From contig JAFGGA010000047.1 in NCBI GenBank assembly GCA_016930835.1, forward strand, positions 10,256 to 74,255: DNA of 64,000 nucleotides, read 5' to 3'. The notes below the pieces were generated by a model. That model made no database searches. It was not told the origin of the DNA and saw only the letters and a program-made list of their open reading frames with translations. Origin of the DNA: Deltaproteobacteria bacterium. Lineage in GTDB: Bacteria > Desulfobacterota > DSM-4660 > Desulfatiglandales > HGW-15. Positions 19,395-28,753 of the stretch are shown here, one piece after another (within the stretch, counting starts at the first letter, position 1; every line of letters begins with the position of its first letter). A program made the translations under genes and the position numbers.

Positions 19395-20139
19395 AGTGAC
19401 TCACGATCATAAAGTATCAAATGTATCCATTGGTTCATTTGAAATCCAAGACATCACGCAAGGCCGGAACGCCGTCCCACCAGTTAGGCCTCCCAGCCAG
19501 AAAGCCATTCCGGCGCATCAAGACGCATCGGTTTCTTCGTGGCATCTGCCGACGATTGAAAAAAAAGAGGATCATCAGAAAGAGGATATAAAAGCCAAAC
19601 TGGCAAGACTTGAAAAAGAGGCCTATGAGAAAGGTTTTGAGCAAGGGCAAAAGGATGGGCTTTCTTTGGAACAAAAAAAAATAGAAGAAATGGGAAAGGA
19701 ATTTGTGGCCCTATGCTCTTCCATTTCGGACCTAAAGGCCGTGATCTATTCCGAATCCGAAAAAGAACTCCTGAAGCTCTGTTTGGCCATCACAAAAAAG
19801 ATCATCCACACAGAGGTACAGACAAATAAAGAGATAATCCAAAATACTGTTCGATCAGCATTAAAATATGTGGCTGACAAGCGACGGATACGAATAATCA
19901 TTAATCCGGATGATATGGAAGACGTAAAGCGCCTGTTGCCTGATCTGTCAAAATTCGCGAAGGGTGGGCAATTTCAATTGACGGAAGATCATGCCGTTGA
20001 GAGAGGCGGGTGTATCATTGAAACGGGATTCGGCAGGATCAACGCGAGCATTGACCAACAATTCAATGTCATCGAAGAAGAGATTGAACGGTTATTCCGC
20101 GAAAGCCGGGGGGGGGTCTACAATGAGAGTCTCTCTTGA
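19387..20139 (+). CDS. fliH: Flagellar assembly protein FliH
   Basis: AYEKGFEQG GxxxG repeats, INPDD, GGCIIETGFGRINASI. Confidence 0.92.
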   Translation: MSRVTHDHKVSNVSIGSFEIQDITQGRNAVPPVRPPSQKAIPAHQDASVSSWHLPTIEKKEDHQKEDIKAKLARLEKEAYEKGFEQGQKDGLSLEQKKIEEMGKEFVALCSSISDLKAVIYSESEKELLKLCLAITKKIIHTEVQTNKEIIQNTVRSALKYVADKRRIRIIINPDDMEDVKRLLPDLSKFAKGGQFQLTEDHAVERGGCIIETGFGRINASIDQQFNVIEEEIERLFRESRGGVYNESLS

Positions 20140-21460
20140 CCCCTATGTGGGGCTTTTGGAATCCTTATGTCCCATCAAGGTGGAGGGCCAGGTGACAAAG
20201 GTTGTGGGGACCGTCATTGAAGGAAACGGCCCCGCCATGCCAGTGGGAGGCATTTGTCAGATCTTTTCCCAAAATCTTTCAGTTCCTATTAACGCCGAGG
20301 TTATTGGGTTTAGAGAGCAGAGTATTTTATTAATGCCGTTGGATAAATCCGACGGCGTTGAACCCGGCAGCGCCATCACGGCCCAGCGGTTTGAAGCCAC
20401 TTTAGGTGTGGGAACTGACATGCTGGGCAGAATTCTGGATGGCCTAGGGAACCCTCTGGATGACGGGCCCTTCTTACGTCCTGAGAAGACCATGCCCCTA
20501 TATGCACAACCCGTCAATCCGTTATCCCGCTCTCGGATTAAAGAACCTTTAGATGTGGGAATCTGTTCCATAAATTGTCTAATCACTTTGGCAAAGGGAC
20601 AGCGAACCGCTGTTATGGCAGGCTCGGGCGTGGGCAAGAGCGTCTTGTTGGGTATGATGGCAAGATATACGGAGGCGGATGTCAATGTGATCGCCCTGAT
20701 CGGTGAACGCGGCCGGGAGGTTCGGGAATTTATAGAAAGGGATTTGGGACCCGAGGGCCTGAAACATTCCGTTGTCATCGTCGCTACTTCTGATACATCG
20801 CCCCTTATCAGGATGCGGGGGGCATACTTAGCGGCTGTTGTGGCTGAATATTTTCGCGATCAAGGCAAGGATGTCCTGCTTATGATGGATTCTATTACGC
20901 GATTCGCCATGGCCGTTAGAGAAGTGGGATTATCCGCCGGCGAACCCCCTACTAGCAAGGCCTACCCGCCAAGCACCTTTGCCCATTTGCCTCGTCTTTT
21001 AGAAAGGGCGGGCACCAGCAGCAACGGTGGGTCCATAACCGGAATATATTCGGTCCTGGTGGAAGGCGATGACATGAATGAACCCATTGCCGATGCCGTC
21101 CGTTCCATTGCGGATGGACATATTGTGCTCGATCGGGAATTGGCATCCAGAGGTCATTATCCTGCCATCAATGTCCTTTCCAGTATTAGCCGGGTGATGT
21201 CGGAAGTAGTCACTAAAGATCATATGGACTGGGCGCTTGAGTTCCGAAGAATCTTGGCGGATTATGTGAAGATCGAAGATCTTGTGAACTTAGGGGCTTA
21301 TGAGAAAGGGCATAACCAACGAACGGACTATGCCCTTGAAATGATTGATGATCTGAACCAGTTTTTACGGCAAGAAGTTGTTCATTCATCGACCATAAAG
21401 GATGGATACGAGGAGATGGTGCGATTGTTGACCTATAAAAAATTGGGAAAAATGAAATAA
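20123..21460 (+). CDS. fliI: Flagellar export ATPase FliI
   Basis: AGSGVGKS (Walker A), LIGERGREV, LLMMDSITRFA, GEPPTSKAYPPS, DGHIVL; ATG 20123 preferred over the track's 19991. Confidence 0.96.
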   Translation: MRVSLDPYVGLLESLCPIKVEGQVTKVVGTVIEGNGPAMPVGGICQIFSQNLSVPINAEVIGFREQSILLMPLDKSDGVEPGSAITAQRFEATLGVGTDMLGRILDGLGNPLDDGPFLRPEKTMPLYAQPVNPLSRSRIKEPLDVGICSINCLITLAKGQRTAVMAGSGVGKSVLLGMMARYTEADVNVIALIGERGREVREFIERDLGPEGLKHSVVIVATSDTSPLIRMRGAYLAAVVAEYFRDQGKDVLLMMDSITRFAMAVREVGLSAGEPPTSKAYPPSTFAHLPRLLERAGTSSNGGSITGIYSVLVEGDDMNEPIADAVRSIADGHIVLDRELASRGHYPAINVLSSISRVMSEVVTKDHMDWALEFRRILADYVKIEDLVNLGAYEKGHNQRTDYALEMIDDLNQFLRQEVVHSSTIKDGYEEMVRLLTYKKLGKMK

Positions 21461-21469
21461 AGGCCGGTC

Positions 21470-21913
21470 ATGGGTTTCAAATTTCGATATGAAACATTGC
21501 TTTCTTATCGCCAGCATCTCAAAGAAAAAGCGGTGATTGATTTTGCTCAGGCTCAGCAGCAATTAAGGGATTGCAGAAACGGATTGGAAGCATTGAACCA
21601 CAAACGGTTTGCGATGATGTCCCTTATGGAATCGGATCTTAAAGAAAAGCTGTCTTCCAATGAGTTAAAAAATTATTCGCATTTTATGAACGCGCTAGAA
21701 GATCAGATTATCTCTCATGAAGAGGAAATCGCAAGATGGGAAAAGATCGTCCAGGAGAAGATGGCCATACTGCTTGAAAAATCAAAACAACATAAGGTGA
21801 TCGAAAAGCTTAAAGAAAAGGACTTGGCAAAATGGACACGGCATCAAAACTTGTTGGAACAAAAAGCCATGAACGAAACAGCCATTATTCGTTACGGAAA
21901 ACGGCCGGCATAA
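21470..21913 (+). CDS. fliJ: Flagellar export protein FliJ
   Basis: FKFRYETLLSYR, KVIEKLKEK, EQKAMNE; follows fliI. Confidence 0.9.
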   Translation: MGFKFRYETLLSYRQHLKEKAVIDFAQAQQQLRDCRNGLEALNHKRFAMMSLMESDLKEKLSSNELKNYSHFMNALEDQIISHEEEIARWEKIVQEKMAILLEKSKQHKVIEKLKEKDLAKWTRHQNLLEQKAMNETAIIRYGKRPA

Positions 21914-22467
21914 ATAAACGCATTTTCATTATAACTCTCTTAGCCCTCAGCTTTTTGTTTTTCGGCAAGGTTGTGATGAGTGGTTTATACCTTCGTCTAG
22001 GCCCCATGCTACTTTCGAGTTCAAGATTGGCCCTGGCGGAAGAAGATGTTGTGGATGAAGCAGGTGCCTTGGAACTTAAAGAACAAATGCTCAGGAAGAA
22101 AGAAATGGAGATTAAAGAAAAAGAAGAGCAACTGAATAAAAGAGAGAAGAATCTGATTCCCCTTCAAACAGAGATCGATGCAAAACTTGAAGAATTAAAC
22201 GCCCTCCAAGTCACCCTAACGGCCTACGCAAGGAAATTATCAGAACGTGAAAAGCTGCTGAATGATGCCAAGATGGATCATCTTGTCGCCCTCTACAGCG
22301 CTATGGAACCGGCCAGAGCGGCGATTATCATGGCACAATTGCATATGGATACGGTCGTTCGGATCCTCAGCAACATGAAAGGCAAATCAGCGGGATTGAT
22401 ATTGGCCGCAATGGAACCTTCAAAGGGTGCCATGATCAGTGAGAAACTGAGTCAATTGGATTATTAA
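21832..22467 (+). CDS. MotE/YlxF/FlgY-like membrane-anchored flagellar protein (start uncertain)
   Basis: TM helix, coiled coil, then LVALYSAMEPARAAIIM..ILSNMKGKSAGLILAAMEP (MgtE-N-like repeats); follows fliJ. Confidence 0.8.
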   Translation: MDTASKLVGTKSHERNSHYSLRKTAGINKRIFIITLLALSFLFFGKVVMSGLYLRLGPMLLSSSRLALAEEDVVDEAGALELKEQMLRKKEMEIKEKEEQLNKREKNLIPLQTEIDAKLEELNALQVTLTAYARKLSEREKLLNDAKMDHLVALYSAMEPARAAIIMAQLHMDTVVRILSNMKGKSAGLILAAMEPSKGAMISEKLSQLDY

Positions 22468-22469
22468 TC

Positions 22470-22559
22470 GTCTCATAATCGTATTCACGGTCCGTCGTGC
22501 TGAAAAGCCACTGGATCCCTGCCTTCGCCGGGATGACGGGGTGTGGACAATTATGAGAC
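22470..22559. mobile_element. 90-bp MITE-like element containing a REP/dRS3-like palindrome
   Basis: Termini GTCTCATAAT...ATTATGAGAC; internal CTGGATCCCTGCCTTCGCCGGGATGAC; near-identical to 48300-48420. Confidence 0.75.
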
Positions 22560-22728
22560 AGCCAATAAAAGGCCGAACCCTCTGTTTTCATCTCCTTCAC
22601 AAAGTCCCCGGCAAATTTTACCCAGCCCCTATTTCAAATGGCAGATTTTACCTTCAAGGCAAGATCACGGTCTTTTTGACGATAATATAACCCATTGATT
22701 CTATATGTAATTTTGGTTTCATGCCTGT

Positions 22729-22744
22729 TGGCATAACCATTGCT
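22729..22744 (+). promoter_or_regulatory. sigma-54 promoter of fliK-flgD-flgE
   Basis: TGGCAT-AACCA-TTGCT. Confidence 0.85.
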
Positions 22745-22794
22745 CCGTCTGCCGGATAAAGGAGAAGGTCCAAAATACAGATAAGGGGAAAGCC

Positions 22795-24522
22795 ATGAAC
22801 GAGGCCATTCAATTAACACAATCGTCCGGGTTAGCAGTCAAAGGGTCAAAGGGGAAAAACAAGACCCCCGGTGATATCGGCGTCAGTTTATTCAACAACC
22901 TGCTTCACCGTATCCATAAATCATTTCAGCAAAAGGGTTGGGGGCTTTCCCTCTATGAGACAAGCAAATCAATACACGGAACAGACCCTAATGAAGAGGG
23001 GAAAGAAAGTCATCCACTGCTAAGCCTGAACAAGAAGATTCGACAAATAGGGGTTCCTGTTTCCCAATTGGTCCTTCCTGAAGCGGCCTTACCGCAATTG
23101 ATATTTTTACTTGAAAATCAGGGAGTAAGCAAAGAACAGATTAATCAATTGGTTCAATCGGCAAAGGGGAATGACGGCAGCTTTCGTGTGGGACCGTTTT
23201 TGCCGTTCCTGATGAAACAACAAAAAGGATTCGAAGATCAGACCTTTGTGATTCAAACAAAGGATGTCCCCCGTCTTGAAAAAGTGCTTTACGACCAGGG
23301 AATGGGTGCCGGAGAAGTCAAGGAGGTTATCGAAAAAAGTATTAAACCGAATGGAGATGTTGACCTGGGTCGATTGACCATGGCCCTCTCCAAATTTCGC
23401 GGCAACCATACTGAAAAAGATCTCATATCATTGTTAGAGCAATTCAATATCCAGAATAAACCGCGCATCATTGAAGCCAAGGGAATAGATCCTGAACTCA
23501 AAAAAAGCCTTATGAATATATCCCAGACCCCCTTGCAGGATGTTCAACAGGATATCAAGCAAAATATCTCATATTTATTGATGAAAAAAGGGATTCCACC
23601 TCAAGACGTAAAAACCTTTCTAGAGGGACTAGATATCCAATACGTTAAAGCGACATTGAGGGCGGCGGCGCCCCAAACAATGCAATCCGATCCCCTATTG
23701 AGCCAGGTCACCATCTCCAACCAAACGGTTTGGGGCAAAGGAGGTTGGGATGAAAAGATCTTAGGCATTCTGCGGGGAGAGCGCATCATTGTTATGAAAG
23801 ACGCGAACAAGGATCGTCTTGAAGATAAGGGTGAATATCGCCTGAATCTAACAGAACTTTTAAAACACGGTGATCCAAAAACAAGGACCGAGTTGTTTCA
23901 AGAAGTAACCATGGGCAGAAGCGGAACCCATTTGGAAGAAACCGCGCATCAAGGCAAGGGTCTTCATGGATCAAAAACCCGCTTACATGCCGGTGATAAG
24001 GAGGGCTTTGCATCGAGTATGACGATGGCAAAACAGGATGTGGAACCTTCTCGAATAGGTTCCCTTGATCATGTCAAAAATATGGTCGCTCTTCCTCAAC
24101 CCCTTCCGAAGATTCTTGATCGCATGATTTGGATGATTCGGGCGGGCGAACAGCAAGGTCGAATGATACTTAATCCACCTGAACTGGGAAGGCTTCAACT
24201 GGATCTTTCCATTAAGCATGGTCACCTGCAAGCCCATGTGAATGCCGAGAACGTCGTCGTAAAAGAGTTGATTGAAGCCAACTTGGTACACCTCCGGCAA
24301 CAACTCACCGATCAGGGTCTTATCATCGACAAATTTGAAGTCATGGTCGGTTTAGATGACAAGCAGGAGAATGAGAAGAGCATGTGGGCTTGGGATGGTC
24401 ATGGAAGAGGACGGAGATCAAAATCAAACGGTGATGAAGAATCCATTGAGAGTCTGTCTGTGGATAAGGAAAAGGAAAGATCAACGAAAACGCATCCATA
24501 TCAGATTGATGTGCTTGTATAG
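22795..24522 (+). CDS. fliK: Flagellar hook-length control protein FliK
   Basis: C-terminal MILNPPELGRLQLDL..LQAHVNAEN..LIEANLVHLRQQLTDQGL; upstream of flgD. Confidence 0.88.
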   Translation: MNEAIQLTQSSGLAVKGSKGKNKTPGDIGVSLFNNLLHRIHKSFQQKGWGLSLYETSKSIHGTDPNEEGKESHPLLSLNKKIRQIGVPVSQLVLPEAALPQLIFLLENQGVSKEQINQLVQSAKGNDGSFRVGPFLPFLMKQQKGFEDQTFVIQTKDVPRLEKVLYDQGMGAGEVKEVIEKSIKPNGDVDLGRLTMALSKFRGNHTEKDLISLLEQFNIQNKPRIIEAKGIDPELKKSLMNISQTPLQDVQQDIKQNISYLLMKKGIPPQDVKTFLEGLDIQYVKATLRAAAPQTMQSDPLLSQVTISNQTVWGKGGWDEKILGILRGERIIVMKDANKDRLEDKGEYRLNLTELLKHGDPKTRTELFQEVTMGRSGTHLEETAHQGKGLHGSKTRLHAGDKEGFASSMTMAKQDVEPSRIGSLDHVKNMVALPQPLPKILDRMIWMIRAGEQQGRMILNPPELGRLQLDLSIKHGHLQAHVNAENVVVKELIEANLVHLRQQLTDQGLIIDKFEVMVGLDDKQENEKSMWAWDGHGRGRRSKSNGDEESIESLSVDKEKERSTKTHPYQIDVLV

Positions 24523-24635
24523 ATGGTAACTAAAAGTTTTTATGATTAGGCATTCCTGTCTGAAGTATCGTTTTCATATTAGGGATTCAAGGTTTAAAAA
24601 TCAAAAAAGCCATAATATTTGAAAGGAGACATTTT

Positions 24636-25331
24636 ATGATAGCCGATGTGATAGGGGTCAGCGATGTCCAGGGGGAGAATGTATATACTCAAAAAACCCA
24701 GGATACGCTTGGCAGGGACCAGTTTCTCACGATGTTTCTGGCGCAACTCAAATACCAAGATCCTCTCAATCCGATGGAGGGAACGGAATTCAGTTCCCAA
24801 TTAGCCCAATTCAGCAGTCTGGAGCAACTCTTTAATGTGAATGAGAACCTGCAATCCATCAAAACACTTCAGGATGACAACAGCAGGCTCCAGGCCCTTG
24901 ATTTGATTGGTAAGGAGGTAGAGGCCGAGGGTGATGTCCTTTCCCTGGCGGACGGGTCTTCCGCTCAAGGAAGCTTTTCTCTGGAGGATGGGGCGGAATG
25001 CGCGGTCCGAATTTATGACCAGCAAGGGCTTCTGGTCCGGGAGATTCAGATGGGTAAGCTTTCTTCAGGGTTTCACTCCTTTGAGTGGGACGGGCTCAAT
25101 CAAAAAGGAGATCTGTCGGATCCGGGGATGTATGGTTTTGAGATTAACGCACTCAATGACGAAGGCGAAACCCTACAGGTCGGGACCCGGATAAAAGGCC
25201 TGGTGAGCCGTGTCAACCTGGATAACGACACTCCCTTACTTTATGTGGGAGAAATCCCCGTTACTTTGACGCAGATCTTGGAAATCAGGTCACCGGATGC
25301 CGGTAACACCGGAGATCAGCAAAATGAGTAG
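24636..25331 (+). CDS. flgD: Flagellar hook cap protein FlgD
   Basis: LGRDQFLTMFLAQLKYQDPLNPM..FSSQLAQFSSLEQL, FEWDG. Confidence 0.96.
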   Translation: MIADVIGVSDVQGENVYTQKTQDTLGRDQFLTMFLAQLKYQDPLNPMEGTEFSSQLAQFSSLEQLFNVNENLQSIKTLQDDNSRLQALDLIGKEVEAEGDVLSLADGSSAQGSFSLEDGAECAVRIYDQQGLLVREIQMGKLSSGFHSFEWDGLNQKGDLSDPGMYGFEINALNDEGETLQVGTRIKGLVSRVNLDNDTPLLYVGEIPVTLTQILEIRSPDAGNTGDQQNE

Positions 25332-25418
25332 TTTCGTTTCAAAGAAATTTCGGACATTTTACTCTTAAAGAATCAGGCAGTAACAAGCACTAGTCAACAA
25401 TATAACAGGAGGTATAAA

Positions 25419-27161
25419 ATGGCATTATCCAGTGCACTTTTTTCAGGCATCAGCGGCCTCAGCAACCTGGGAAACGCGATGCAGGTCATCGGCGACAATA
25501 TCGCTAATGTGAACACAGTGGGTTTTAAAGGAAGTACATTTACCTTCCAGGATCTTTTGAGCCAGGCCATGTTCACCCGTGCAGGCACATCTCAGGTGGG
25601 ACGCGGTACGGCCTTGGCTGATATATACTCAGCTTTTGAACAGGGATCATTCGAGTCGACCGGGAACACCACGGACCTGGCCATTGGTGGTGACGGTTTT
25701 TTCGTGGTTCGAGAGGCCACCAGTGAGGATAATATGCGCTACACAAGGGCGGGTAATTTTCGATTCGATAAAGACGGCTATCTGGTCAACCCGGAAGGAT
25801 ATGTGGTGCAGGGATGGGCCGTGGATGAAAACGGGGACATCACCGGTTCCACCACGGATATCGCATTAACTTCCTTTACCTCCCAACCCGAGGCGACCGA
25901 GGAGGTCACGCTCATCACCAACCTGGATCAGGATCAAACCAGTAATACCGCTATCCTATCGAGTGCATGGGATGGAACCGCTTCCACGCCTATAGATTCA
26001 ACCAGTTATGAATACCAGACTACGGTCAAGGCCTATGATTCTCTTGGAAGCACCCATGATATCACCGTGTATTATGATAAGATTTCCGGAGCCGAATGGG
26101 AATATATCGTGACATGCAATCCCGCGGAGGATCTTCGGAGCGGCATCACCGACACGGCAGGCGCAGGGCTTTTGGCGCGCGGAAGGATCACTTTTAATGA
26201 AGGCAGTGGTGCGTTAACCAGCCTCACCATGAGCCGGTTGACGGGATATACATCCGCTTCAGCCGGCACCGACCAGGCGGTTACGGATACCACCACAGGA
26301 ACCTATAATGTGGCCACTTCCACCAATCCGACCATTACCACCAACAATCCTGAGGAACTTATCAATACGTCCAGCACCACCATGACGCTGACCTGGGATG
26401 CGGCGGGCAGTTCATGGGATACCATCGCTTTCACGGGTGGCGCCTATGCCACCGGGACGATCCTTTCTTCAAGTTCATCCCAGATCGTGGTGGATCTGGA
26501 TGCTGATGGATCAGGAGATATCACAATCGACCTGTCCACGGCACCGACCGCCGATAACCAGACCATCATCTGCACCATTACCGGCTCCGGCGACTGGACG
26601 GAACAGGACACGACCGATATGAACAGCACCGGCTATTATCTTTTCCAAGCCGATTTCATCGGCGGCACCAGCACCACGCAAGACATCGCATTAGACTTCG
26701 GTATCAACTGGGACGGCACTTCATTTGTCCCGGATTCGCTATCGAGCTCCCAATTTGCAAGCGCTTCCACCACCATCTTTCAATCCGCAGATGGATACGG
26801 TGCAGGGGCCTTGCAAGGGGTGGATGTGGACGTTGAAGGATTGATCACCGGTGTGTATTCGAACGGTCAGGTCCTGCCTCTCTATCGTATTGCCTTGGCC
26901 AAATTCCAGAGTCTGCCGGGATTGCATAAGGAAGGTGGAAATCTTTATCGCGAGACAAGGCAGAGCGGTACGGCCACCACCAGTCTGCCCGGCACCAATG
27001 GTCTCGGAAACATAGCGCCCAACTCCCTGGAACAGTCCAATGTGGATATCGCCAATGAGTTCGTTAAAATGATCACCACGCAGAGGGGCTTCCAGGCCAA
27101 CAGCAAGATCATTACGGTAACCGATCAGATGCTCTCAGAGCTTATCAACTTGAAAAGGTAG
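25419..27161 (+). CDS. flgE: Flagellar hook protein FlgE (580 aa, with inserted domain)
   Basis: VIGDNIANVNTVGFK, TDLAIGGDGFF, YTRAGNFRFD, LEQSNVDIANEFVKMITTQRGFQANSKII. Confidence 0.97.
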   Translation: MALSSALFSGISGLSNLGNAMQVIGDNIANVNTVGFKGSTFTFQDLLSQAMFTRAGTSQVGRGTALADIYSAFEQGSFESTGNTTDLAIGGDGFFVVREATSEDNMRYTRAGNFRFDKDGYLVNPEGYVVQGWAVDENGDITGSTTDIALTSFTSQPEATEEVTLITNLDQDQTSNTAILSSAWDGTASTPIDSTSYEYQTTVKAYDSLGSTHDITVYYDKISGAEWEYIVTCNPAEDLRSGITDTAGAGLLARGRITFNEGSGALTSLTMSRLTGYTSASAGTDQAVTDTTTGTYNVATSTNPTITTNNPEELINTSSTTMTLTWDAAGSSWDTIAFTGGAYATGTILSSSSSQIVVDLDADGSGDITIDLSTAPTADNQTIICTITGSGDWTEQDTTDMNSTGYYLFQADFIGGTSTTQDIALDFGINWDGTSFVPDSLSSSQFASASTTIFQSADGYGAGALQGVDVDVEGLITGVYSNGQVLPLYRIALAKFQSLPGLHKEGGNLYRETRQSGTATTSLPGTNGLGNIAPNSLEQSNVDIANEFVKMITTQRGFQANSKIITVTDQMLSELINLKR

Positions 27162-27202
27162 ATAAATAGCTGATTGTATCCGGTTTCTACCTTACCCCCT
27201 AA

Positions 27203-27227
27203 AGGGCGGGGATGGTGTCCCCGCCCT
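27203..27227 (+). terminator. Perfect 10-bp GC hairpin after flgE (terminator or REP-type stem; no U tract)
   Basis: AGGGCGGGGA-TGGTG-TCCCCGCCCT. Confidence 0.45.
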
Positions 27228-27232
27228 CTAAT

Positions 27233-27267
27233 AAGGCCCAGGGCGAAGGGTACAAGGCGCAAGGTTA
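27233..27267 (+). repeat. Heptamer tandem array
   Basis: aaggccc-agggcga-agggtac-aaggcgc-aaggtta. Confidence 0.65.
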
Positions 27268-27530
27268 TGAAAAAAACTTATTATTCAAATGCCTTGTGTT
27301 TTCATATCAATGCATAACTGCAATCCAAATGCATTGCTTTATAAATAGGATTATTGGTGTCCAAAATAAACTCAATTTGAGCCTTTGCATATTTAAGCGA
27401 TTGTTTTTCCATAACGTCCATAACAGGTTTCAATTCAGGTTTCCCTTTTTATCGATTGAGAAAAGAGATCCCCGTACGCTCGAAAACCGTTTTTGGACAA
27501 GCATGAAATAGGAAAACCTGTTTTAGATCC

Positions 27531-27592
27531 CGGATTCCGGTCTTCGCGGGAATGATGGCACCCCTCCTGCCATTCCGGGGAAGGCCCTGATC
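27531..27592. repeat. Pair of opposed REP/dRS3-like palindromes
   Basis: CGGATTCCGGTCTTCGCGGGAATGAT followed by inverted GCCATTCCGGGGAAGGCCCTGATC. Confidence 0.6.
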
Positions 27593-27707
27593 AAGAGGCT
27601 TCAATGATGAAAATCCGTGCCAAAGGCACAGATTTCTATTGGAGGGACATCATGGGCAAACGTCAAATTGTCAACGCGCAAATGATCGCAAAACCCATGA
27701 TTTTGAA

Positions 27708-27721
27708 GTCAATATTTTGAC
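27708..27721. promoter_or_regulatory. GTC-N8-GAC palindrome, candidate activator binding site
   Basis: GTCAATATTTTGAC, about 160 bp upstream of the motA promoter. Confidence 0.6.
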
Positions 27722-27879
27722 AATCAGTCCTCTCCTTTCTGCCGCATTATCCACCTATTCACGATGCGCCTTTTTGGCTATTTTTCGTTAGACCAGCAGA
27801 ATAGGCAAAGTCCCATGAATTCAGCCAGTTAAAATCAGGTAAATCAAGGCGCCTTTCCTCAAGCACCCTTTTGCATGTA

Positions 27880-27895
27880 TGGCATGGAGGTTGCT
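27880..27895 (+). promoter_or_regulatory. sigma-54 promoter of the motA-fliL..fliA operon
   Basis: TGGCAT-GGAGG-TTGCT. Confidence 0.85.
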
Positions 27896-27958
27896 TCATT
27901 AAAAACAAAAAAATGGAATCATTTCTGTTTGAAACATTATTGGAGAGATACATAACCG

Positions 27959-28723
27959 ATGGATGTCGCAACCCTTATAGGTATTATCACGGCCTTTAGT
28001 CTGGTTTTCGCAGCCATTTTTATGGGGGGCAGTATAACCCTTTTTATTAACATCCCATCCCTCATGATCGTAGTGGGCGGAACCTTGGGCGCTACGTTGA
28101 TCAATTATCCCCTTCCCGACATATTAAAGGTCAGCAAGGTGGTAAAAAATGCGTTCTTTATGAGGGTATCGACCTCAAAAGAAATGATTGCCAGTTTTGT
28201 CTCGCTCGCGGGGGTTGCCAGACGTGAAGGCATCCTCGCGCTTGAAAATTCCATAAATGAAATCAATGATGAATTTATGCGAAAGGGGATGCAGCTATCC
28301 ATAGATGGACTGGAGCCTGTTTCCATAAAGGACATCCTCGACACGGAGATCGTCAATATCCAGGAAAGGCATAAGTTGGGCGCCGAGATCTTCACGACCA
28401 TCGGCACCTTCGCTCCCGCTCTTGGTATGATCGGAACATTAATAGGGCTCGTACAAATGCTCCAGACCATGGAAGATCCCAGTACCATCGGACCGGCCAT
28501 GGCCGTGGCTCTCTTAACGACTTTTTATGGGGCCCTTCTCGCAAACATCCTGTGCCTTCCCATTGCGGGAAAACTCAGGAATCGAAGCAGTGAAGAGGTC
28601 ATGATCAAGGAGTTGATGTCCGAGGGGATTCTATCCATCGCTAAGGGTGATAATCCAAGGCTTTTGGAGCAAAAACTAAATGCGTTTCTGTCTCCCCAAT
28701 TGAGGGAGAGTTCCTTTAAGTAG
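27959..28723 (+). CDS. motA: Flagellar stator A subunit MotA/PomA
   Basis: ARREGILALE, APALGMIGTLIGL, IGPAMAVALLTTFYG, GDNPR. Confidence 0.95.
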   Translation: MDVATLIGIITAFSLVFAAIFMGGSITLFINIPSLMIVVGGTLGATLINYPLPDILKVSKVVKNAFFMRVSTSKEMIASFVSLAGVARREGILALENSINEINDEFMRKGMQLSIDGLEPVSIKDILDTEIVNIQERHKLGAEIFTTIGTFAPALGMIGTLIGLVQMLQTMEDPSTIGPAMAVALLTTFYGALLANILCLPIAGKLRNRSSEEVMIKELMSEGILSIAKGDNPRLLEQKLNAFLSPQLRESSFK

Positions 28724-28753
28724 CTATAAAAAACAAACAGGGGGATTTGATTC

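Noticed and set aside
19991-20122. Longer fliI start given by the ORF track
   Set aside because: Deep overlap with fliH; ATG 20123 gives a normal FliI N-terminus.
25419-27161. Spirochete-type lysinoalanine cross-link in FlgE
   Set aside because: Positions equivalent to the KAT Lys and CNLD Cys read PEAT and ITNLD.
27604-27720. Short plus-strand ORF tested as FlbD/SwrD between flgE and motA
   Set aside because: 38 codons with no MIKLTRLNG-type motif; overlaps the candidate enhancer.
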